DNA of 64,000 bases, from positions 19,981 through 83,980 of IMG/VR virus record IMGVR_UViG_3300009152_000003; one strand, given 5' to 3'. The notes below the pieces were generated by a model. That model searched no databases, had not been told where the DNA came from, and saw only the letters and a list, made by a program, of their open reading frames with translations. Below, piece after piece: positions 28,317-37,211 of this stretch (position 1 is its first letter; each line of letters opens with the position of its first letter). Origin of the DNA: a virus. Both the position numbers and the translations under genes were made by a program.

Positions 28317-28612
28317 CCGACGGCGCCATGCGACAAGTCGGGACGCCCTGTCCCGACTGCGGCTCGATCGAGCGCGGTGTCATCGAGTCGCGGCCCCGCA
28401 GTGGCGGCTCGATCTACCGCCGCTGCTTTTGCCGCCGGTGCGGTACTCGCTACACCACTCGGGAACAACTGGTCGGCGAGGCAGCCACCAAGACGCCCGA
28501 CGACAGCCGCGCCGAACGGCTCAGACGCGCGGCAATGATCGATCAGATCGATCGCATCGAGCGCAGCCTTGCCGTCCTCAGGAAGAACGTGCCTCCTGTC
28601 AATTTGACCTGA
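28313..28612 (+). CDS. NrdR-like zinc-ribbon protein lacking the ATP-cone
   Basis: CPDCG...VIESRP...IYRRCFCRRCGTRYTTRE followed by a short coiled coil. Confidence 0.75.
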   Translation: MTDGAMRQVGTPCPDCGSIERGVIESRPRSGGSIYRRCFCRRCGTRYTTREQLVGEAATKTPDDSRAERLRRAAMIDQIDRIERSLAVLRKNVPPVNLT

Positions 28613-28624
28613 TCTTTGTAGCCC

Positions 28625-28639
28625 CACTCAGCAGTGCAC
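28625..28639 (+). promoter_or_regulatory. conserved 15-mer, copy 7
   Basis: Exact match heading the 28.7-37 kb gene run. Confidence 0.8.
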
Positions 28640-28697
28640 AGATCTGTGTTGCTGGCTGGGGTTGCTTGTCCTCTTTGTTTCCTAGCTCCCTCCTTCC

Positions 28698-29249
28698 ACG
28701 ACCGAAACCAACGCCATCCAGTATTTCGACATTGCCAAACAGATTCAGCAACGCTACGAAAACCTGAGTTCCGAAAAAGACCAATGTGTCTTGCAGTTGC
28801 GGGCAATCTTTGCTTTCCTACGCACCAAGTACCCCGACCTGCGGCGCATCGAAATCGTCTACGACGGCTGCGGTGATAGCGGCCAGGTCGAATCGATTCA
28901 CTTTAGCTCGGACTGCGATGTTTGGACGCACTCGACCAACTTAAAAATCGACGACTCGGAGGTTCTTCCCAACGAAATCGCCTGTGGCCACACAGCTCGC
29001 AAAGGGCACTGGTGCAACGAGCGCCGCGAGTGGGTTCAAGACGAAGAGCTTCGCAATGAAAACATTGCAGACGCTCTAGACCGCATTGGTTGGGACATCG
29101 CCTATGGCGAAAACCCTGGCTTTGAGGTCAACGAAGGCGGTTACGGCACCGTCTCTGTCTCCACTGACGGCGACTCCGATGAGATCCGGGTCAACCTTGA
29201 GCACAGCGAACGCTACGAGTCGACAACCGATACCTCTTACACCTATTGA
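28698..29249 (+). CDS. DUF6878-like protein (start uncertain: ACG 28698 or TTG 28791)
   Basis: YDGCGDSGQVE and GFEVNEGGYG motifs; the frame is open from 28686. Confidence 0.7.
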   Translation, partial: TTETNAIQYFDIAKQIQQRYENLSSEKDQCVLQLRAIFAFLRTKYPDLRRIEIVYDGCGDSGQVESIHFSSDCDVWTHSTNLKIDDSEVLPNEIACGHTARKGHWCNERREWVQDEELRNENIADALDRIGWDIAYGENPGFEVNEGGYGTVSVSTDGDSDEIRVNLEHSERYESTTDTSYTY

Positions 29250-29656
29250 TGTCTCACTACCACTACCACGCCGTCAGCAGTGCCAATGCGTTTGGCGGTG
29301 CGCCTGAAGACTATCACAAGTTCCATCAGTGGATGGACCGAGGTCGCGTCGGCACCGACCGGCTACTGCATCGGATGCTCGCTCATCACACCCAAGGTAT
29401 CCAAGATGCCATCGCGCTGTTTGGCGACACCATCACCAACAGCAAAGGACGTCAAGTCCCGACATCTCTGCTGGCGCATCAGCACATCCTTGAGGACCTC
29501 GGCTTCGTGCCCACGCTTGAACACTGCCTCGAACTGCTCCACTGTCCGCGCTGGGCCAGCAAGCCGGCGCGCCTGCTGCACAGCCGACTCAGCGAAGTCC
29601 TCCCCGTCGACCCTGAACCTGCTTCTTCCCCCGCAACCCCCATTCATGGAAACTAA
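29249..29656 (+). CDS. DUF6915-like protein
   Basis: HAVSSANAFGGAPEDY...HQWMD...HRMLAHHTQGI...QHILEDLGFVPT; this family usually sits next to DUF6878. Confidence 0.75.
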   Translation: MSHYHYHAVSSANAFGGAPEDYHKFHQWMDRGRVGTDRLLHRMLAHHTQGIQDAIALFGDTITNSKGRQVPTSLLAHQHILEDLGFVPTLEHCLELLHCPRWASKPARLLHSRLSEVLPVDPEPASSPATPIHGN

Positions 29657-29703
29657 ATCCATCGACCACTACCCCGAACCCTGAGTTCGCTGCAGTGAGA
29701 TCA
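29646..29703 (+). repeat. 58-bp direct repeat copy 1 (dead duplicate of the 5' end of 30019..30423)
   Basis: 54/58 identical to 30019-30076; an in-frame TGA replaces GGG. Confidence 0.85.
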
Positions 29704-29993
29704 TGCTTTCTGATCCCCAATTTTCTCCTTCCATGCCTGACACATCTGAAGAGCTGATCACGATCAGCGAGAAAGATCTCGTCGAGTCTCTAGCCCTTGC
29801 AATGAGCGCCGAGGACATCGACGAAGACATCTGCAACAGCGTGATCGCCACGTTGCTTGATGCCATCACCAACCACTGCGATTCGCTTCCTAGTGATCTT
29901 AAGGCGCAGCAGCGTTACGACAGCAACGACGAAACAGCAATGGCTGCTTTCAACTTTCCCAGCGATTCTTTCGAAGTCCAGCGCTGGATCTGA
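29703..29993 (+). CDS. acidic hypothetical protein
   Basis: D/E-rich ORF lying between the two repeat copies. Confidence 0.55.
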   Translation: MLSDPQFSPSMPDTSEELITISEKDLVESLALAMSAEDIDEDICNSVIATLLDAITNHCDSLPSDLKAQQRYDSNDETAMAAFNFPSDSFEVQRWI

Positions 29994-30018
29994 CTCCAAA
30001 TTCCCCACTCTTTCTGCA

Positions 30019-30423
30019 ATGGAAACCAAATCCATCGACCACTACCCTGAACCCGGGGTTCGCTGCAGTGAGATCACGCTCACTGTTCGCATAACCTACG
30101 AATCCTTTTTCACCGCTCCTGGTGAATGGGACCACGACCACATGTTACACGCACTTGTCGGTGACTCGCCTCTCGAGCGTTACGGAATCGAGGGCTACGA
30201 CGTCAACTGCACCAGCCACGTCGAATGGGTTGAAATCAACCCCATCACCTACAGCCCTGGCTTCGACAAAAGCGTCGTCACCACCGCTCCGGTGGACGAG
30301 ACCAACTACCGCGATCACTGTCGAGCGCTCAATCGCGTCCCCTCGCAAGCCGGCTTCTGGCGATACGTCCTCAAAAACCTCCACGGCATTCAAAAGCTCC
30401 CACCCTCCAATGCCCCTCACTGA
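30019..30423 (+). CDS. hypothetical protein
   Basis: Starts METKSIDHYPEPG, within repeat copy 2. Confidence 0.65.
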   Translation: METKSIDHYPEPGVRCSEITLTVRITYESFFTAPGEWDHDHMLHALVGDSPLERYGIEGYDVNCTSHVEWVEINPITYSPGFDKSVVTTAPVDETNYRDHCRALNRVPSQAGFWRYVLKNLHGIQKLPPSNAPH

Positions 30424-30784
30424 TCCCAAGCTCCATCCCCTAGCCGTCCTCGGCAAAGCGCCTGAGCCCAGCGGCTGCCTCAAGGGTTACTGCAACACGA
30501 CCTACGACAACCTCGTCGCCCTGCTGGGGCAGCCGCACACTCACCGCGGCGACAAGACCAACGTCGAGTGGGCTTTTCGCTGCAACGACGGGACCACCTT
30601 CCACGTCTACGACTGGAAGCTGCCTTCCACTCCCAAAGGCCCGTACGACTGGCACATCGGCGGCAGTAGCAGCTCTGCCCTTGTCGCCTTTCATCGCTTC
30701 ACGGGACTGCCGGTGACGCCACTCGACGTCGAGTCCTACCAAGTCGCCTACGTCTGGAAACCAAACTCAATCTTTCCCCTCTGA
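30410..30784 (+). CDS. conserved phage hypothetical protein
   Basis: LKGYCNTTYDNLVALLGQP...DKTNVEW...VYDWK...WHIGG pattern. Confidence 0.7.
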   Translation: MPLTDPKLHPLAVLGKAPEPSGCLKGYCNTTYDNLVALLGQPHTHRGDKTNVEWAFRCNDGTTFHVYDWKLPSTPKGPYDWHIGGSSSSALVAFHRFTGLPVTPLDVESYQVAYVWKPNSIFPL

Positions 30785-31392
30785 TGCCCATCAACAAAGC
30801 AAAAGCACTCAAGCTCAAGAACAGCTTGCTTGAGCATCACTCTCTCTCTGACTTTCACAGCCTACCCAGGGTTGACCTAGTGCAGAGAATCGTTCACGAC
30901 GCCGGCCTGGCCACGGCGTTCATCCCCATGATGGAGCGCTATAAGAAGGACCACAGCACTGCCAAGTGGCGCATGCACCTGGCAGTTGTCGACCCCGGCA
31001 ACAACGACGTTTGCTTCTGGTGGGATCGCTTAGAGGCCATCGACCCCGCTTACGCCCTCATCGAATTGAGGCCGATGACCGACTACGTCGGCACGCTCGA
31101 TACGTGCAACCTTTCCAGCCTCTGGTGGTCCGCCATGGGAGCTGGCCACGAACTGGCCAGCCTGCTCGCTCCGGACTGGCGCAAAGTTCGCGACCAGATG
31201 CGGGACAAGGGGCCGGATGGGCGCGCTCACTGGGGCACCCAGTTCCGCGGGGCATTTGCTCAAGCCTTTGACGACCACTGGGCTGATGACAGTCTCGTGC
31301 TTCGGCCCACGGTCAAGGCCGACAAACGGCTGCTGCGCTACTGCACGGCACCGCGGATCAATCCACCAACCATTGCAGCTTCTGAACTATGA
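30784..31392 (+). CDS. hypothetical protein
   Basis: 202 aa, TGATG-coupled. Confidence 0.65.
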   Translation: MPINKAKALKLKNSLLEHHSLSDFHSLPRVDLVQRIVHDAGLATAFIPMMERYKKDHSTAKWRMHLAVVDPGNNDVCFWWDRLEAIDPAYALIELRPMTDYVGTLDTCNLSSLWWSAMGAGHELASLLAPDWRKVRDQMRDKGPDGRAHWGTQFRGAFAQAFDDHWADDSLVLRPTVKADKRLLRYCTAPRINPPTIAASEL

Positions 31393-31706
31393 GCATCCAG
31401 CACAACATCACTGAAGTCCAGGGAAAAATCAGCCTCGCTCTTGAAGCCCTCGATCTTGCCGCTCACTTTGGCGGCACCTGGGGTGAGCACCCCCAGCATG
31501 AAGTCGGCGCCTGGGCCGAAGAAGTCGCCAGCGAAGACACCCGCCTGGGTTACTGGGAGTGGGTCGCCAACCGCATCGACAGCGGTGACTTTGATCTCGA
31601 TGACGACGAGAGCGACGACGACACGGACGAAGGCGGCGGAACGGACGACCAGGCAAACAGCGTCGCAGCGATCCTGAAGGCTGGCTTCGATGAGATGTTC
31701 GAATGA
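31389..31706 (+). CDS. highly acidic hypothetical protein
   Basis: WAEEVASEDTRLGYWEWV plus a D/E tract. Confidence 0.7.
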   Translation: MSIQHNITEVQGKISLALEALDLAAHFGGTWGEHPQHEVGAWAEEVASEDTRLGYWEWVANRIDSGDFDLDDDESDDDTDEGGGTDDQANSVAAILKAGFDEMFE

Positions 31707-32128
31707 TCGACTACGACCGCTACACCAAGTACATCAAGGCCGCCCAGGGCAAGTTTGCTGGCGACCATGACGTCCTCATTTGCAACGACGCTGACGTTGA
31801 CACCGACGTCGAACCTCGCAACCCCGGCGCCTGGGTTGACGCCCGAATCTTCGTGCATGACGACGAACTCGAACCCGTTCCCGGTCCGACTTACGACGTC
31901 TGGATTGGGGAGCAGGGGGGGCTTGGGCCAGCCCCGGGTGGCACCTTCCTTGGCGACAACTGGGTCTGGACCTTCGACCAGTCCTTCACCTGCGACGACG
32001 ACCCCGACGGCAAGGGCGCACGCCTCCACGCGCACGAGTACGCCCGCTACCTGCGCAACACCTATCCCTGCGCCTTCGCGGCTGTCAGGCCCAGCGGCAA
32101 GTGCCCACTGCCGATCAAGCATTCCTGA
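31703..32128 (+). CDS. hypothetical protein (paralog of 33213..33692)
   Basis: Shares GxWVxAxxFV...LEP...YxVW...AHxxAxYLR...AVR with 33213..33692. Confidence 0.7.
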   Translation: MIDYDRYTKYIKAAQGKFAGDHDVLICNDADVDTDVEPRNPGAWVDARIFVHDDELEPVPGPTYDVWIGEQGGLGPAPGGTFLGDNWVWTFDQSFTCDDDPDGKGARLHAHEYARYLRNTYPCAFAAVRPSGKCPLPIKHS

Positions 32129-32141
32129 ACCCCTTCCTCTA

Positions 32142-32648
32142 ATGGACCTTTCTCGCTACGTCGTCCTGGACCGCACGTCCGGGACGTTCTTCAACGCAGC
32201 ACACGCCGTGCTGATTGATGTCGACGCCCTCCCCGAAGGCCTCGAAGAGTCGATGCTCAACGAAGGCAGCGACACCGACCGCTGCGAGCTGGCCGACATC
32301 CACGGCATCGACCTTGAGGCTTGGTCGCCAGCCTCTCCTATCCCACCGCCGGAGGAGGTAAGGGAAGTGGCAGAGGCGCTGCGTGGACCGCTCATGGAAC
32401 CATGGGCCGGACTTCACGGAGCCAACGTCCTTGCTCGCGCCGCCGAGCTGTTGACGCAGCTCTCTGTAGCCGCAACCCCACCGGACGACAAAAACGCCCA
32501 GGTCCTCGACGCCGTGGCCGAGCTGCTCAACAACGAGCAATGGAGCTCCGATCACCTGGAAGCAGTGGCTGACATGGTGCGCGCCACAAGCCGCGCCATC
32601 GGTGACAACTTCCATGCCGACGCACCTTCTGAATCCTCTCCTCTCTGA
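32142..32648 (+). CDS. acidic hypothetical protein
   Basis: 168 aa from the ATG at 32142. Confidence 0.65.
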   Translation: MDLSRYVVLDRTSGTFFNAAHAVLIDVDALPEGLEESMLNEGSDTDRCELADIHGIDLEAWSPASPIPPPEEVREVAEALRGPLMEPWAGLHGANVLARAAELLTQLSVAATPPDDKNAQVLDAVAELLNNEQWSSDHLEAVADMVRATSRAIGDNFHADAPSESSPL

Positions 32649-32652
32649 ACCC

Positions 32653-33216
32653 ATGGGCTGGCTATTCGACACTCATCCGACCTCCAAGGCCAACTACGTC
32701 AAGGAACTCTTGGCGCGCAACTTCACATCAAGCTCATCCTGCACTTTGCTGGATCATTCACTTCGGGGCAACTGCCTCTGGGTCCTGGCCCAGCCGGCGG
32801 GACAAGAGCCCTTCATCCTTCTCTTCCTGCTCGAGTGCCACGACGGCTGCTGGGGCTACAAGGATATGGACGAATCCTGCGGCCCCTACTACCACAATTG
32901 TCCGCTCAAGTTCCTTGAGCAGGCGCCGGAGCCCCAGGGCCACAACCGCAACCACGCCGGCAGTAGCAAGAGCTGGCGGGACTTCGTCCGCGAGCACCAC
33001 GCTGCACTCAGGCAACAGCGCAAGTCACGGCCCGTCGTCGGCCAGAAGATCCGCCTCGATGGCGAACGCTTCCCCGGCTACGAAGCCACCTACACCGTCA
33101 CCGCAGACCTGGGCCGCAAAGGGCTGCTGCTCAACAACTACCTCCGGCTCAACGCCCGCCAGATCAAGTGGGCTGAGCTGGTGGGATCTTCTGTTCCCTC
33201 AGCGCCTAGCTCATGA
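32653..33216 (+). CDS. DUF6927-like protein
   Basis: MGWLF start and WGYKDMDESCGPYYHNCP...WR motifs. Confidence 0.7.
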   Translation: MGWLFDTHPTSKANYVKELLARNFTSSSSCTLLDHSLRGNCLWVLAQPAGQEPFILLFLLECHDGCWGYKDMDESCGPYYHNCPLKFLEQAPEPQGHNRNHAGSSKSWRDFVREHHAALRQQRKSRPVVGQKIRLDGERFPGYEATYTVTADLGRKGLLLNNYLRLNARQIKWAELVGSSVPSAPSS

Positions 33217-33692
33217 CCACTCTTAGCCAACGCATCCGCGAGTGCATCCAGCACGAATACAACAACGCGGAAGTTCGACTGCCTCCGCCTGACCCCCTCG
33301 ACCCCGACGACATCAGCTACACGCTTGACGACCGCGACGGCGGCTACTGGGTCCAGGCCGAAGTCTTTGTTTCTGCTATGGACCTTGAACCTAATCCAAA
33401 CCCTGTCTACACCGTCTGGGAGTGCGAGGACTTTTCCACTGAATGCGACTGGTCCGATGTCTCCGACTGGCGGCTAGACGAGGTCTATCAATGCGAAAGT
33501 GATGACGCATCTGGCACAGCTGCCCGTCGCAAGGCGCACGATCGCGCCAAGTATTTGCGACGCCATAACTCTTGTGGGTTTCTGTTTGCGGTAAGGCTTG
33601 GCAACCAGCCGCCAAGACTCCTCCCTGTCAACCCAACCGCCAGCGCGAATTTTGCCAACTACCTCAGCTCTCACGCCGCGACAACGTCATGA
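33213..33692 (+). CDS. hypothetical protein (paralog of 31703..32128)
   Basis: Shared motifs with its paralog; ATGA-coupled. Confidence 0.7.
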   Translation: MTTLSQRIRECIQHEYNNAEVRLPPPDPLDPDDISYTLDDRDGGYWVQAEVFVSAMDLEPNPNPVYTVWECEDFSTECDWSDVSDWRLDEVYQCESDDASGTAARRKAHDRAKYLRRHNSCGFLFAVRLGNQPPRLLPVNPTASANFANYLSSHAATTS

Positions 33693-33934
33693 GCAAACGC
33701 TACACGCACTACTTTGACGTACGGCTGGCTAACTCGTTTCAGTCCGACACCGAAGACTTCGACGAGGCTTTTGACGTCTGGTGCAACTCCTTTCCCGACA
33801 GGCCTTCCCTGCGCAAGGAGCTGCTGGCTCCCGACGAAGACACCAAGTCAATCCTCGGGGGAGTCACTTACAGCGACACCTGCATCAATCAAGACACCCT
33901 CGCCCCGGCAGCAGCCGGTGAATCTAATGGCTGA
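33689..33934 (+). CDS. acidic hypothetical protein
   Basis: 81 aa, coupled. Confidence 0.55.
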   Translation: MSKRYTHYFDVRLANSFQSDTEDFDEAFDVWCNSFPDRPSLRKELLAPDEDTKSILGGVTYSDTCINQDTLAPAAAGESNG

Positions 33935-34217
33935 AATCGATCGCGTCTTGCGCGTCTCCACCCGGCACATGCCGGACTGCACCCAAGACCTCTCGGTCTG
34001 GCACTGGGGCGAGACCGATGCCATGGGCTTGACCTGGATCTACGCCTACGAAGAAGACTGCTTCTCTCGTGAGCAAGCAATCCCCGACTGGCTCCTGCCC
34101 ATCTGTATTGCCGCACGCCAGACCTATGACTGCAACTGGATTCTCCTGGATCCAGACGCTGACTCGCTTGATGATTTCCCCACCTACGACGACAGGGAGG
34201 ACAACGACGATGCCTAG
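33927..34217 (+). CDS. DUF5983-like protein
   Basis: LRVSTRHM...IPDWL...AARQTYDCNWILLDPDA...FPTYD. Confidence 0.6.
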   Translation: MAEIDRVLRVSTRHMPDCTQDLSVWHWGETDAMGLTWIYAYEEDCFSREQAIPDWLLPICIAARQTYDCNWILLDPDADSLDDFPTYDDREDNDDA

Positions 34218-34488
34218 CTACCCCGGTGAACTCGGCCGAAGAGGGAAGGGCTACATCCCTCTCATCTTTCCCAACCGCACGCAACACGACTTCTTCCGCC
34301 ATCTCACGGGTGCCGGCCATCACTGGTACCACGGCGGCCAGGGGGCCATTCTCGCCAACGGCAAGGTCTACTGCACCCTCCACGACAGTAACCACGAAGC
34401 ACTCTATTACGCCATCTGCTGTGGCGCGCGCGTTCCGCCTGACGCCTGGCTTGCTCCACCCAATCCTGACTCTGAAGCCGATGCCTGA
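34210..34488 (+). CDS. hypothetical protein
   Basis: 92 aa, overlapping both neighbours by 8 nt. Confidence 0.55.
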   Translation: MPSYPGELGRRGKGYIPLIFPNRTQHDFFRHLTGAGHHWYHGGQGAILANGKVYCTLHDSNHEALYYAICCGARVPPDAWLAPPNPDSEADA

Positions 34489-34804
34489 CCCCGCTTTCGA
34501 TCTGCTCCAGCTTGAGCGACATCCCAATTGGTACGACCTTCTCCCCCAGCTAGAGGCCGCCCAGGCTGAGTTCGACCGGATCTACCGAATCCGCTGCGCT
34601 GCCGGCTGGGAGATCACCGAGCTCGGTACTTGGCTCACTCACGACCACGATGCCTCTGGCGATCGCATCACCGCTGAAGCGTGGGAGCTCGATGGCTACC
34701 CCAAGCCCGAAGACCCCGACTACGGCGAGTGGCACCGCGCCGCCTACACCTACGAAGCGCGGGACAACGACCAAGACGGACCTGAACCTTACCCGCTCGG
34801 ATGA
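34481..34804 (+). CDS. acidic hypothetical protein
   Basis: 107 aa. Confidence 0.6.
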   Translation: MPDPAFDLLQLERHPNWYDLLPQLEAAQAEFDRIYRIRCAAGWEITELGTWLTHDHDASGDRITAEAWELDGYPKPEDPDYGEWHRAAYTYEARDNDQDGPEPYPLG

Positions 34805-34892
34805 ACACTGCAATCGATCAGCCCATATCACCTCCGTCTTCAGCTCCTTGACACCCATCACCCTTCGCTGAACCCCTTGTCTCTCTCTGGTC

Positions 34893-35060
34893 ATGCCTCT
34901 CGACTGCTCCCGCAAGCCCGTTCGCGTCTCTATCACCGTGTCCTGGGCCCTCCATGAAGCCCTGATTTCCCGGGCCAGCTCCGAAGGTCGCTCGCTATCA
35001 AACCTGCTTGCCTTTCTGCTCGAACGTTCCCTTCGATTACCCAGCCATGCTGACTCCTGA
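34893..35060 (+). CDS. ribbon-helix-helix (CopG/Arc-like) DNA-binding protein, absent from the ORF track
   Basis: 55 aa MPLDCSRKPVRVSITVSWALHEALISRASSEGRSLSNLLAFLLE..., the cyanobacterial-type RHH pattern. Confidence 0.8.
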   Translation: MPLDCSRKPVRVSITVSWALHEALISRASSEGRSLSNLLAFLLERSLRLPSHADS

Positions 35061-35481
35061 CCAGCCTCAATCCATCCGCCCCGATCTGAGCGGACCCTAC
35101 GCCAAGCTCGCGCGCCACATCACGGCGATGTACGAGATCGTCCGCCTGGCGCCAACCAACGATCCCTCCCAGCCCGGCAGTCCTTCTATCGGCCTGTCCC
35201 ATCGTGACCGGGCGGGGGTCACGGAGCATCTTCGCGAGTGTCTGGAGATGATCTGCACCCTGGAGAAATGGATGATGAATTCTGTCGCGGTCGCCAATCC
35301 CGACGCCCCTGGCAAATGGTTCCGGATGGCCGCTGGCGATTCCGTCGTGAAACGATCCGACTCCAAACCCGACCGGCCGGAGGATCACCTCGATCTCGGG
35401 TTTGTCGGCAGACAGCGGGAGATGCTCGACCGCCTGCACACCAACGATGACGCGGCTGAGTCCAGGGCGACCGACAGGTAG
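35047..35481 (+). CDS. hypothetical protein
   Basis: 144 aa from the ATG at 35047. Confidence 0.55.
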   Translation: MLTPDQPQSIRPDLSGPYAKLARHITAMYEIVRLAPTNDPSQPGSPSIGLSHRDRAGVTEHLRECLEMICTLEKWMMNSVAVANPDAPGKWFRMAAGDSVVKRSDSKPDRPEDHLDLGFVGRQREMLDRLHTNDDAAESRATDR

Positions 35482-35517
35482 CTGCCAGTCCCGCCCTCAC
35501 CCTCAGCTTCAACAACC

Positions 35518-35562
35518 AGCCCGACTCGCCCAGGCAGCAGCCACGGCGAGTCGGGCTTTCTT
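35518..35562 (+). terminator. intrinsic terminator
   Basis: AGCCCGACTCGCC...GGCGAGTCGGGCT followed by TTCTT. Confidence 0.7.
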
Positions 35563-35580
35563 GTGTCCTCTCAATCTCTT

Positions 35581-36366
35581 ATGAATCTCTCACGCACCGC
35601 TTCTCACTTCCAGCGCGGCATCCCTTTCTTCGGGCACGGCAATAGCAAGCTCCCCGACTCGACTCTCACTTTCGCACTGCCATCCGGTCACACCTGCCCG
35701 GGCGCCCTTCAGTGTCTGGCCTTGGCGGACCGTGAGACCGGCAAAATCACCGACGGCCCGCAGCAGACCTTCCGCTGCCACGAGGCCTCGATCGAAAACT
35801 TCCGCCCCAGCGTGCGCGCCAGGCGCTGGCAGAACTTTGAGATCATCCGCGGCCTCAACCCCAACGAAGTCACCGACCTCTTGCTCGCTGGCATCGGCCA
35901 GGCCCTCGATCACAAGAGCACCCACTGTCGCTGGTTCGTCGGCGGCGATCTCTACTCGGTCGTCCTGCGGGACGCCATCTTCCAGGCCTGCCGCGAAACC
36001 AAGGACCTCACCCATTACTTCTACACCAAGAACCTGCCACTGCTTGCCCCCTCATACGAGCGGGTGATCGACCTACCCGACAACCTGCGGGTCGTGGCAT
36101 CCTGGGGCGGCAAGTTCGACTACCTCGCACCCCTCTTCCCCCGTACCGCCCGGGTGCTCCACACCCGCGCCGAAGCCGAACGCATGGGACTGCCGATCGA
36201 CACCACCGACCGGCTGGCCTGGCAGGACGAACCTGTTCACTTCTGCCACCTCAGTCACGGCATGCAGCCCGCTGGCTCTCCGGTCCACGCGGCCATTGCC
36301 GCTCGGCGCAAAGAAGGCGACTTCACGGGCTACGGATCCAAGCGCAAGAGACAGCTTGCTGCCTGA
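35581..36366 (+). CDS. GP88-like phage protein
   Basis: GNSKL...FALPSGHTCPGALQC...C, RWFVGGD, YFYTK and PDNLRVVAS motifs. Confidence 0.75.
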   Translation: MNLSRTASHFQRGIPFFGHGNSKLPDSTLTFALPSGHTCPGALQCLALADRETGKITDGPQQTFRCHEASIENFRPSVRARRWQNFEIIRGLNPNEVTDLLLAGIGQALDHKSTHCRWFVGGDLYSVVLRDAIFQACRETKDLTHYFYTKNLPLLAPSYERVIDLPDNLRVVASWGGKFDYLAPLFPRTARVLHTRAEAERMGLPIDTTDRLAWQDEPVHFCHLSHGMQPAGSPVHAAIAARRKEGDFTGYGSKRKRQLAA

Positions 36367-36573
36367 CTCCATCGAGATCACCAGCCACTGCCTGTTGCGC
36401 CTCACCACCGCTCTGGCCCTGGAAGCAGCGGGACTCCCCCACGGGTTCCCGCTCGCTGCCCTGGAGCTCAACCAGCAAAGCGGCCGCACCCTCTGCGCCC
36501 AGCAGTGGCTGCAGATCCTCGAGCCTGCCTACCTCCAACGCTTCTCACCTAACGACCCCAACTACCACCTCGT

Positions 36574-36774
36574 ATGACCAGCTCCACCAAGCCAAACAAC
36601 GCCTATTCCGTTGTTTGGGAACGCCCCTGCGGGCGCTTTGGCTTTGTCGGTATCGAAGAGTGCGCCTCCTGCGAAGAGGCCGCCACGCACTTCTACGATC
36701 ACGTCCGCGGCAAGGGCCCTAAAGTCCCGGCCGATGCACAGATCTCAGTCGTTCGCCTGGTCGCTACCAACTGA
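36574..36774 (+). CDS. hypothetical protein
   Basis: 66 aa. Confidence 0.55.
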   Translation: MTSSTKPNNAYSVVWERPCGRFGFVGIEECASCEEAATHFYDHVRGKGPKVPADAQISVVRLVATN

Positions 36775-36779
36775 TCTCT

Positions 36780-37025
36780 ATGGACACCGTCACCTACCGC
36801 GTCGAAGCCCACGATGGCAGCAGCTGGGGCTTTGGGATCCGCATGAACCCCAACAGCAGGTTGCCCGAGTTCTGCTCTCTGGGCGACGCCGATCGTTTCG
36901 GCAGCCGCGACGACGTCTTTGACCTGGCGGACGCCGCGGCTCGCCTCTGCGGTGGCACCCTCCGTGTCATCCAGCTTCGTGACCACGGAGGCCTGGTCGA
37001 GGTCCAGGCCGTGCCGATCGCATGA
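36780..37025 (+). CDS. hypothetical protein
   Basis: 81 aa. Confidence 0.55.
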   Translation: MDTVTYRVEAHDGSSWGFGIRMNPNSRLPEFCSLGDADRFGSRDDVFDLADAAARLCGGTLRVIQLRDHGGLVEVQAVPIA

Positions 37026-37031
37026 GCTAAC

Positions 37032-37211
37032 TCAGCGGTCGTGTTCCAGATCCCGCAGGCGGCCCTCGTGGTCAGTCAGCATTTTTTGGATGCCCTCCAG
37101 GATGGTCCCGGTCCTTGCTTCAAAGCGACCCAGGCCATTGGCGATTTTCCAAAGGGCCACGACGCCAGAGCAGCCAAGGGCTCCAAGCGCAATGATCGCT
37201 TCCGGGCCCAT
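37032..37211 (-). CDS. small membrane protein (holin-like)
   Basis: N-terminal TM helix followed by a coiled coil ending DHEGRLRDLE; upstream TAGGAT. Confidence 0.55.
   Translation of the reverse strand: MGPEAIIALGALGCSGVVALWKIANGLGRFEARTGTILEGIQKMLTDHEGRLRDLEHDR

Noticed and set aside
16679-28639. 15-mer repeats as a CRISPR array
   Set aside because: Spacing is irregular (92 bp to 4.5 kb) with whole genes in between, the repeat is too short, and there is no cas operon.
29646-30076. DGR template/variable repeat pair or IS target duplication
   Set aside because: Mismatches are not adenine-specific, and there is no reverse transcriptase or transposase in the window.
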